64,000 nt of DNA from an uncultured Clostridia bacterium (GTDB taxonomy: Bacteria; Bacillota; Clostridia; Christensenellales; UBA1242): positions 30,800 to 94,799 of the forward strand of contig CALVMJ010000003.1 of the NCBI GenBank assembly GCA_944345365.1. The letters run 5' to 3'. The notes below the pieces were generated by a model. The model was not told the origin of the DNA, searched no databases, and saw only the letters and a list, made by a program, of their open reading frames with translations. The position numbers and the translations under genes are program-made. Below are positions 1 to 12,000 of the stretch, piece by piece (positions within the stretch are counted from its first letter, which is position 1; every line of letters begins with the position of its first letter).

Positions 1-1
1 T

Positions 2-3000
2 TCACCAATCACAACCCTTAAAAATATTAGGGTTAACTACTATTATGGTGGAAATCTTGATGTCGATGTAAGTCAAAGAGGATTTAGCTCGGTTAAGGTT
101 GCCGGACTTGCAATAAACAACTCTGGTATTATATACAACTGCGAAGTTGTTTCTTTCCCTTACACACCATCAGTGGCACTTCCAACAAAGGGGAATGGTG
201 AAAAGGAGGGGTTGATAGTCAACTTAAAGAGCTTTGACCAAGACTACACATTAAGTGGAAATTATGATTGTCAGATCTCAGGCTTTGTTATTTCAAACAC
301 TGGCTCAATCACAAATTCAAGGGTCGGTGGAGAAGAAATTTTGGAACTTGATGAGGATGTTAGAGAAACAGACACCACCGTTAGCGCAACAACAAGAGAA
401 CTTGATGTCTTCTCTGTTATTGGGCAAGGAACCATTGCGGGATTTGTTTTACAAAACTCCGGAGATATCACAGCTTCTTTTGCAAAACAGGTGGAAATAC
501 AGAATAATGCAACCAACATTAACCTTTATACATCTGGTTTTGTTGGAAGCAACTCAGGAAGAATTTCAACATCTTTCGTTCAAGGAAAGGTAAATGATTC
601 TACAAACAAGAATACTTCTAAAACAGGGTGTTTTGACGGAACATCGATTTCTTCTGCCGGGTATATTGCAGGGTTTGTTTCTACTAATTCTGGCACAATT
701 AGCGACGCTTATTCAAACATTTTGTTGCAAGGCAAAGGTAACACAGGCGCGAGTTATTTTAGTGCAGGTTTTGTTTACTCAAATGCCGGGGTAATAAAAA
801 CTTGCTATTCTGGTTGTAGGATAGAGTCTTCCAACATTTCTCAATCAAATTTCTCGGGGGTAGATATAAATGGTGATAGTCTAAACACTGGACTAATTGA
901 GCTTTCTTATTATAACGGAAAAACAAGCGGGGTTACTTCTGGTGGAATTGAGGATACCCTTAACACAGGGGTTGTTATGGCTCAAAGTTTAAGTTCACCT
1001 ACACAATTCTATGGATTTACCTTTGCAAGCGAGGTTGGTGCAAATGACGGAATTTGGGCATTTGATGAAGGTGTTCTTACGCTTACTGCTCCAAATCAAA
1101 TATCATTTTCTCACAGGGCTTGTCAAGGAGATGGCACTCCCTATGTCTTCCCTTACGCAAAAATAAACACTGACATTCAGACTGATCCAAAAAGCCATGA
1201 ATATGGTGGAAGAAATAACCCTATTATAATAAGAACTGCCGAAGAATTTAAGCAGGCAATGGGAGGAGCAGATAAATCAACAAATATTGGAAAATTCTGT
1301 CAAGGGGGTGTGATCACTGGTTCTTATAGAATTGTTGCTGACATAAATTTTGCAGAACTTAATTCACTTGAAGGAGTTGCTGTTGTTTCTTCGACTAAGA
1401 ATTCGTTTGCTGGCATTCTTGATGGAAATGGATTTGAAATTAAAAACATTAGTATCGGTGCGGGGCATGAAGATCATTCTCTGGGATTATTCTCTCAGAT
1501 TTACGAGGCAAGTGTGGTTAACCTTAAACTCAATATTGTCAGCATAACTGCTACAACATCTGGGTTTGTTGGAGGACTTGCCGGTCTGGTTTATAACGGC
1601 AATCTAATTAACATCGATATAACTCAAACAATGCCGGGCGAAAATACTGATACAACTGCATTTGGTGTTCAAGGCGCAAATGTGGTTGGAGGGGTGGCTG
1701 GCGCTGTTTTTGGAGATTCTAAACTTTCTCACCTTGCTATAACAGATCCTATCGTTCAAGCAACTTTTTATGACAAAGATCATTATAACAATGATTTCTA
1801 TGTTTCAAACGATAAATATGCAGACCAAAAATCAATTAGAGGAGCTGTTGAAGCAAACAAAAATGACAATACAAAAACATTCAGTCAAACTGCTCTTAAA
1901 AACTTAACGAAACATAGCCAAAACTATTATCTTTCAAACACTTCCTATGCAGGAGGTTTGGTTGGCTATATTGATATTTACAACACCCAACAAGTAAACG
2001 AAAATGTTTACACAAGTTCGGGATTAAACGATCTTGACTATAAAATCAATAATCTAAGAGCCTTTAACACTGCTAATATTCGTGGAGAAGTTGTCGGTGG
2101 ACTGGTTGGATATTCTGGAACACATTCAAGCATAAAAGACGCAGGTATAATATTAAATAGAGATAAAATAACCTCTAATATTTTATCATACAATTCCTAT
2201 GTTGGAGGTATTGTTGGTTACAGCTCTGGCACTCTCAAACATCTTTTTGCAGAGCACGACAAAAAAATCCAAGATGTTATTGAAGATAATTACTCAAAAT
2301 ATTATGAAGGTAATGAGGGTGTTGAAAGAGGCATTTTAGATGTTTTTGAAAACACAACCTCTTGGGACGAAAGTGTTAAGCATGATTACAGTCCAAGGTA
2401 TATCGGTGGGCTTATTGGATACGCAAGAGTTGGAAGGCTTATGTCGTCTTACAGTAAACTCAATGTTATCAGCACAGTTGAAGGAGCAATTAGCGGTGGG
2501 GTAATTGGTAAGGTTGGAAAGCCAAACCCTGGTGATGCTTTTACAGTTAAAGCGAATGTGGATTCCACTGGCATTTCAACAACCCTATATCTAGAAGAAG
2601 TTTACGCAAGCGGTGATGTTGCAGGAAAGGTAACTAATGATGGTATTACAAAACTTAATGCAGGTGGCATTATTGGTGAACTTGATCCAAATGCTAGACT
2701 TACACTGACTTCTGTCAATGCAGTTAATTATTTCGGAGCACTAAACTATCGTGAAGCTGATCTAAAAGTCTCCGACGGATACCGATTATCTCAAATTGGA
2801 ATCTATGCTTTTGTTGGAAAGACTAATGGTGCAGTAATAAACTATTCAAAACCAACATTGATGGGCGCAACTGATGTAAACCTTGGTTACATACCAGAAA
2901 TCATCACTCCAAATACACCTACACCTACACCTATCAAAGTTCTTCCTTTCGAAGGGTATGTTGAGTCAGGTAATAATTTTAAAAAGCTAAATGCGCTTGT

Positions 3001-6000
3001 TAACATCAATTCATCTGAAACGGGTTACAATGAAATGAGTGGTGCTTTCCTTAAATCTGGAAATTGGAGCGACCTGAATTGGCAACACTTAAAGGAAAAT
3101 CCTTATCCAAGCCTAAAATTTATGAATGATTCCGATGTCGTTTATATGGACAATTACAGAGAAAGCATCGAAAATGCATTTATACAAATGAAGAATGGAA
3201 GCAAGGAAATCAGAGTTCGTGGACTTTCTGAGGACGGAACAACATTAGAAGATATAGATTTAAGAGAATATTCTGACTTAGTGCAAGATTACCTACCAAT
3301 CGCAGGCTTTGGTGGAAGGTTTATCGGTGCTTGGGATAAAGATGGCGAAAAACTTGAAAACAATGAGCCAAAAATAACATTAATATTACCAAAAACTTTA
3401 TTTGAAGACCTTTATCAAGGTTGTGTGTTTGAAGATTTAAAGATTAAATTTACACAATCGGCTCAATTCATTGATGGAGATGTTAATGACACTTCCTTTA
3501 AGAATATTCAGTTTGATTACAGTGAAGTAGGGGGCAACATTATTCTTAACACAACGGCTGTTAATAATAATCAAGTTCATGTCGGACTTATTGCAGATAA
3601 GGCAATAAGCACTTCGTTTGAAGACATTAAATTAAACTTTGGCGAAAAAGTAATTCAAGTTAAAATTAACACAGGCGCTGGAGAAAGCACAGATGTCTTT
3701 GTGGGACTTCTTGCCGGGGAAATCGTTCAAGAAAACAAATATCAAACACTTAATATCTCGAATGTAAATATTTCTTCAAAAGCGGGAGAAAGCGATATAT
3801 TCCTAAGTATATCTAGTTCGGAAATTGGATCAACACCAAAATATAATAAAATATACGCAGGATTGTACGCAGGGAAGATTTGGTCAAATGGAACAGGAAA
3901 CGCAAGCATCAATCTTGCTCTTGGAAACATCTCATCAACCGAATCATTACAAATGAATGTTTCTAGCAATGCAGAAGAAATTTACGCAGGTGGATATTTT
4001 GGAGAGGCCTTTGCCACAAAAGCCACAATGAATAACGACCAAGCTATTAATTTAGCAATTACTATTCTAGGGGCATGCAAGAGTTATGTTGGTGGATTTA
4101 TTGGTAACGCAAGCATCAATGCAGGGGTGACAACAGGGATTGGAGCACTTGAAAGCATAACCACAACGATAAGCTATAATAATCAAGAAGAGGCTTACCT
4201 TGGTGGACTTTTTGGAAGATTTGAAAGCGCATTTTCAACAATCTCAGTAAATGGTGCCTTTATTAACACAACAATAAGCCCATTTAAAGAATCAACAATT
4301 TCAGGAAATGCAAATCTTGGTGGAATTTTTGGATATATTGACAACACTTCATCGTTGGAACTTACTCTTACAAATCCTTCAACAGATGACACAGATAACA
4401 ACGACTTAACAAGCAACATCACCTACAATGAGGCTGGAAGTGCCGAGACAAATATTGGTGGCATTGCGGGTTATATATCAACTGATGGGTTTAGCCTTAA
4501 TGCCGACAAAATTAGCTCAGTTATAAACACAATTGCGGGCACATCAACCACAAATAAAATAAGCCTAAATGCAGGTCTAATGTTTGGTAAAAAAGAAAAT
4601 GGTAGAGATCCCTTCATAGTTGGCAATTCTGGCGGAGGTCTTAATGTCACTGGTGGAATTTATGGTGGAACAAGCAAAGATGCAAACCTTGGGGGAATTG
4701 TTGGAGCAAACTTTGGAACTATAAGAACAGCTGAAGATAAAGACAAAAATTCCTCGATTTCAATCGACCTAGAGATTGGAGCATCAAGTGAATTTAATGA
4801 CGACATAACAAACTCAAAAATCGATAATTCTTATTCATTTAATTCCTTTAAAGCAAAAAGTGCAAATGTTGGTGGAGTTATTGGCTACAACACTTCAAAT
4901 GCAACTATATTTAAGGTCGACATTAACAGCGCTTCAAGAGTGGAATTAAGCACAAGTAATGCAACATCAATCGGTGGAGCCATTGGCTTTACCTCAGGGG
5001 CAGTAACACTTGGACAAAAATTATTTACAAACGAAGGCCTCTTTGCATTGACGAACACGGGAAGCGACACAACCTACTTTGGTGGTGTAGTTGGGCAAGT
5101 TAATTCGGGTTCTGCTGAGATTGGAACATCGACAGGAAACACTGTTTCGGCTTATGTGACATCAAACTTCTTTGTTGACGCAAAAAATGTTGTTGCCGGA
5201 GGAATTGTTGGAAGTTTGGGCAGTGGAGGAATTTACAACGCTGTCTATGGCGGGGCTGTTAAGAGCTATGGAACGGAAAACAAATCAACCCACACCTTTG
5301 GAGGAATTGTTGGAATTGCTTATAGTAAAACAAAAATAGGTAACAATGCCTCATTTGGTGATGACATCGTGACTTATAGCACAAACTTCTCCTCAATCTC
5401 CACTTACATTTTTGGAGGAATTGTCGGACAAAACGACGGAGCAACTGTTAGTGGAAATTACTCCTTGACAACTCCAAACAACGACAAAATTTCAGGCACT
5501 GACTCTCGTGGGGCAATCAATGGATCTTCGGTGACTGCGACATCAAGTAGGGCAAACACCAAAGCAGGTTCTGACAACTTGTATTCTCACACCGTGACCC
5601 TTTCAACTGACGAAAATGGAGATGATGTTGGCTATATGACAGCCTACGAAGCTTCGGACACAGCAAGGGGTTATAACGGAAGTGTCAATTACGCCATTTT
5701 GGCTGAGGTTATAAAGAATAAAATTGAGTCTATTAATGATGAGTCTGTTACAACAACATTCCCTAGTGGACACAAACTAAATCCAATTAATCTTTCAAGT
5801 GAGACTCCCGAAACGACATCAACCGGCGAAGGTGGATCAGAAACACCAAGCGAGTATGGGTTAAACGGAGTGATATATTACTACTTTGGAAATGATGAAA
5901 CTAACGATATATCTTCAAAAGTTGACTCAATAGATAATCATGATTTAAAACTTGCCATAATTGGCAATGCAAGAGTGATTAAGTATGTTTCAATCTCAAA

Positions 6001-9000
6001 ATCTTTGCTATCAAGTCTTTCACAAAACGAAATCATCTCCGGAATGAATGTTAATGTTGATGTAAATTTTGATTCTAGTGCAGACACGGGCGGATTGGTT
6101 GCAACAATGACGGGTGGAACAATTTATGCCGTTGCACTTTCGGGAAATGTTTCAATCGGTGGAACTGGTGTGCTAAATGTTGGAGCAATGGTTGGGAATA
6201 TGTCGGCAGGACTTATCGACGAGTCTAACTCCTCAGTCGATGTGATTTATCGTGCTGGACTAAAAGAGCCAGAAGAAGATAAAGAAGGAAAATTAGGAAC
6301 AGTGTCGGGGTTTGCAACGACTTCTGGGGGAACTAATAAATATATAAGAAACTCATATTCAACCGGAAGAGTTTCATCATATATCGACGCAAAAATCTAT
6401 GCTTTTGCTAATGGAACTTTCAAAAACGGTTCTGGCTTGACTCTTAATAATTGCTACACAATCTCACAAGTTGATTGGAACGATCACACAAGCACAGCCC
6501 AAGGCACCGGAACACTGGGTGTGTTTGGAAAAGCAAGCAAAACAAATTGCTGGTACGATCTTCAAGCGACAGAGGTGGAGGAAGATGAGGATGATGAAAC
6601 CTCGCAACCTGAAGAAGCTACCGGCTGGACAACATCAGACAATTTCAACTATGGCTATCCAACAAGAAAGTTTGGCTACTTAAAACAATCGTCTTATGCA
6701 AAGTTAAATGGGACCACAACAACTGGGGGAAGCGATTCAGAAAAATCTACAACGACCGGGGGAAGCGATTCTGGAAAATCTACAACAAAAACAACCTACA
6801 CTCGACTTGCTTGGAATAGTTCTAGTTATGGAACTGCTAACTACATTATCATTCCAAACGCAACAAAACTTAGTCAAGTAACAACCCCAACAACAACCTC
6901 AACAAGCAATAGATATGTTTTGTGGTATGACATCGATCTTAATAAGGCTGGATCGACATCGCTCAGTTTAGGGACAATAGCAAGTGGAGGAATATTTGAC
7001 GGGCAAGAACACACAATTTCAAACGGAACAAAAACCCTGTTTAGTTCTATTAGCGGAGAGGTTAAGAATTTAAGGTTAACTGATTTTAATATTACATCTA
7101 ATAACAACACTGGAATTCTTGCAGGATCTTCATCTGGAAAAATAGATAATGTCATCGTGAAAGGAGCATTGAGTGGAAGAGGACGATTTGGTGGAATTGT
7201 TGGATTGCTTTCAGGAGGAGAAATTTCAAATTGCAAAAACTATGCAAAGATCGACACATCAGCGACTAGAGTTGGAGGAATTGTTGCAACTATTACAGGA
7301 GGAAAAATTTCAAATTGTGTCAACTATGGCCCAATCAACTGCACTTCAATAAGCACATCTTACGCCGGAGGAATTGCAGGTTATATGTCTAGTGGAACAA
7401 TTTCAAATTGTGGCAACACAAACTCGGTGCTTGCTGGCTACACAACAACAGAAAATGTTAGCTATTACGCCGGTGGAATTGTTGGAAGACAAAGTAATGG
7501 AGAAATAAGGAATTGCTATAACACTGCAATGGTTAAAGCCGGAAACAAAAACTCAACATCGCCTTCTTATGCCGGTGGAATTGTTGGACGTTCTTCAGGT
7601 AGTTTAACTGGTGAATTCTACAACTCAGGCGTGATCGAAGCACTTGGAATGAATGGACCGTGGACAGCAACTGCAAGCACAGACGGAAACCAAGTAACAA
7701 TTTTGACCACAAATGGTGTAAATGTTTATGCCGGAGCAATTGCAGGGAATACAGAAGTTTCAGGAACTAACCACGGAACAATAATAAGAAATGGTGTCTA
7801 TAATGCTAACTCAAGAGATTTATCAGTGTGGTGGAATAATGTAAAAAGAAGTGGCACATATAATGGCGCAACAGTCGAAACAAATAATTATAAAGCAAAC
7901 ATAACTGGCTATGACGACCTTGGATACCCAACAAGCGTTTGTGTCACTGCGTCAAGGACGATTAGTGTTGGAAGTGTTCCCATCGTTTCAGGACAAACAA
8001 TAATTTCAGAGACTATAAGAATTGACACTTATTATCATCAATCAAAGATTGAGGGAAGCACAGAAAATGAAATTCCAGAAGGAATTCAAACCCTTATGAA
8101 CAAAGCAGACGAAAGTGGTGACAAGCCACAAGGTGTTACTATTAGTGGAGAAAAATATCAAATTGTGACCGACAAAAACTCTTTCGAAAATGCAGTTAAG
8201 GGAAATTACAGGGAAGCTGGGTTTGATGTTTATTTAACTAAAGTATTTAGTAATTACGGTGCTCTATCAAAAGCAGGCTATAAGTTCAGTGTTGACCTTG
8301 CGACCGTTTCGTCAAACAAGACAAATGTAACAGTTCAAAGCGCCTACTTATCTGAGCCAGACAGCGAAGGAAAGAGTACTTTGACGGTTGGATATGTTTG
8401 CAATTCAACGGAAGATGTTGCAGGAATAACCTTTAATTACAGCGTCACAGCAACCAAAGCAGAAGAAACAATCACTGTAACAGTGGGTGCGAACAACTGG
8501 TTTGATAAGAGTGTAAGCCTTGAAAATGGAACAATAGATTATATTTATTGGCTTTATGTTGGTGATGACACAGTTACGGAAGATGAAAAAACAATTTACC
8601 CTTCTGACTATATGAACGAGGGAGAAAGTTATGATGTTAAAATTGGTGAAAACACCTACGCAGGAACTTATAAGTCAGCTGGCAAATTCCTTGAAATTGA
8701 ACCGGACAACAAGATTAAGGTTTCAGAAGGAACCAGCATAACCTACACCTACCTCAAAACAGACGTTGTCGTTTCAAGTTCATCATATTATGTGGAAGAG
8801 GTTAGTGAAGAAAGTAACAGTAATTTCACTAACATCATAGAGGAAATAGAAGAATATTACACTAGTGGTTCGGATTATTTAGTTCTAACCAAAAGTTATG
8901 AACCTGGACAGGAAACTTATGGTAGAACATTCCTGCTTAATGTCAGAAGTGAAGATGGATCTTTAGAAATAGATAATTTTGATAAAGGTAAATATATCGG

Positions 9001-12000
9001 GGCATTTGTTTCTGATGCTCTTGAAACTATTAGTATTGGATATAATAGTGATCTCACCACAATTACAGTCAGTGAAGATAATTGGGTTGATCCTATTTTT
9101 GGAAGAGATTATTATTCTTTTAAAGATATACCTTTATATGATCAATATGGGGGAAAAAGAAACTTTAATTTATTTCTTTTCCCTGAATCAGATAGGTATG
9201 AACTTCTGATAGGGGGATATTGGGATGATGAATATATTGTAAATATTGGTATTAAGGGGGGGTTAAAAATCGAATATACTTTCGACCCAGGAGCATATAC
9301 CAAAACCTTTGTGGGTGATAATCAAACCCATTCTTTAAAAAATAATCCTGTTTATGGAAGTGATGGAACTGGAAATAGTTATGGAGTATATCAAAAAGAC
9401 GGTATTACATATTTAGGTACAGAATATTTTTACAACGGCGCATTATCTGTCACCTATTCTAAATGGTACAGAATGGATAAAATAAACACTACTCACACAT
9501 TTACAAAGGAGAAAGATTCATTTGCTGTTTATGAAATAAGCGATAATTATGGTAACTATGTCGTTCAAACTGATAACTCAACTAATAAAAGTTGCGTTGT
9601 TAATTATAATTTCAACTATTCAAAATTAGTCTTAGAAAATGATAGTGAAACAATAATTGGCGAAAAGAATAAAATCATCATTAATGGAACTACTTATGAA
9701 TATTCCGTCGATGAAGAAGGAATATTAACACTAACAGGTGGAGGCGCCCCTGTTAGCGGAGAAGTGGGGGAAGAGACTGATAAATATGGAAATCCACTAG
9801 CAACAATCACAATTGGAGGTATAAAATATCAATACATTTATAATGAAAATATTATTACAAACGATAATCCTTTGGTTATAACCTTCAAAAAGACAGAGTA
9901 TAAACTTAAACATGATGCTCAGAATATGCAGACAACTCCAAGCATAACTTACGAAACGGGGAAAGGTCTTATAGACAGTCAAAAAACAATCACTTACACA
10001 ACAACAATTCCAAAATCAGAATATGTAGTTGGTCAAACTGAGTTTAATGTAACCTTGATTGAAGACTATGTTGAGCTTAACGAATTTTACTCAGGTCAAA
10101 ATGGAAGTATTACGATTGGAACAAAAACATATTCCTATTCTTACGACGAGGCAACTGGTATCACTCTAACATTTGAAGGTTCACCAATCACTGAATCAGA
10201 CGGGAAATTAAACATTGATGGGAATGAGTACGATTACTCTTATAATACAGAATCTGCCACAAAAGACTTGATGATGTTCAGGGTTGTTGCAACAGGGTCA
10301 AAGGGGAAGATCTCGATTGAAGAAAGTACATATAACTACCAAACTTTAAACGAAAGGGCTGTTTTTGAAAAAGACGGAGTTTTAACAGAACCTTTTACCG
10401 ACGAAACAACAGGAATGACAACGGTTACCCTAGGCGGAAAAACATACCTTGTTTCAACAGCGCAAAACAGAACGCCAATTGGAACAAGCGAAGATACGAC
10501 TAATGGCTATTACGCCGTTGATACAAGTGGGGACTACATTAAGATAATTGTCTACACTCCAACTTGCAGTTATCTTCCTTACTCCATCGAGGCAGAGATA
10601 ACCGGACTTAAGGGAAAGCAAACAACAGTAACAGCTGTAATTGTCAACACAACGCAAGCAATTCCAAATAATGATTTTGTTAACTCAATTAAGATTGGCG
10701 AAGAAGATATTAAAACCGATACTTCTACCAAACTTGACTCTGATACAACAATCAATCCAACGGTGAAAAGAGAAGGTGATAATTTGGTGTTCACCGCGGG
10801 CGAAAGAGATGTTTCTTATGATGTGGTGTTTGGGTATAATGAATATAATGGCAAAAATGAAGCGATGGTTTTTGTTGGAACAAAAGCAACTGACGATGAC
10901 AAGGAAATTGTGACAGGAGAAGCGACACTTAATGAAAATAAATATAATTGGTCTTACGCTGAGGGAAAACTTACATTTAATGATATAGAGCAATCAACAA
11001 ACTTGATAGTTTTAGGAGATAAATCTTATTTATGGGAATTTAATTCTGAAGAAAACTCATTAAAAATGCTCTTAGTAGATATAAAACTAACAGGCGAGAC
11101 CACGTTTGAACCTGAGGCTTCACCAGCAGGGGTAATCTTAGCCGGAGATATCAATTTTGGAATAAAAACAGAAGCAAACCTAATAGAACTAAAGGGTTTA
11201 AGCCTTTCAGGAAACGGATATTTCTTGAATTACTTTAAGCAAGACGGAAGTTTTATGTGTTTTGATGAATCGACCAATAAGTTTATCAAAGATGTCAACT
11301 TTGCCGGCAATTTGCTTGTGAAAAAATCTGGCTCCCACGCTTTTGCAATTGGAAGTGGAGGAACTCCAACCATTAAAAACATTGCAGGGTTTGGTTCAAT
11401 TTCAGTCGTTGCAAGTCAAAGCAATGTAAATCAAACAGAGTATCTGTTAACTTCTGTCACATCGAAAGTCTCAAATACATCAAGCTATGTCAATTACAGC
11501 GCGTTTAATGATGAGTATTATGGCAATAATCTTTTTGGTAGCACTCATAAGAAAGGATATGTTTGTAGCTTTACCGGCATAAACAAGAATTATGGCGTTA
11601 TAATTGGTTTTGATGGAAAAGATGGGGTTAATGAATCAACATATTCTTCAGTAAGTAAAGTTTATGAAGGTGATGATGGCAGAGAGGATAGCATAATTAA
11701 CGTTAACGGCAAGACTTTTGAGTATTATATATCAAAACAAGATGGAAAAATATATATTTACATTAAAGAAACGGGTAAAGATATTTATACAAGAACTTCG
11801 GATGGAGCCATTATGCCTATAAATAATCGTAGGTTTGAAATTAAAATTTCAACCTCTGGTGGTATTGCATTGACAACTTTTGGATGTATACATGATTCCT
11901 CTAATGACTATCGAGGTGCTGATGGTCAATCATTTGATCTTACAAACATCACAAATTACGGCATTATCAAAGCCGGTAACGGTGGAAACGGAGGCCGAGG

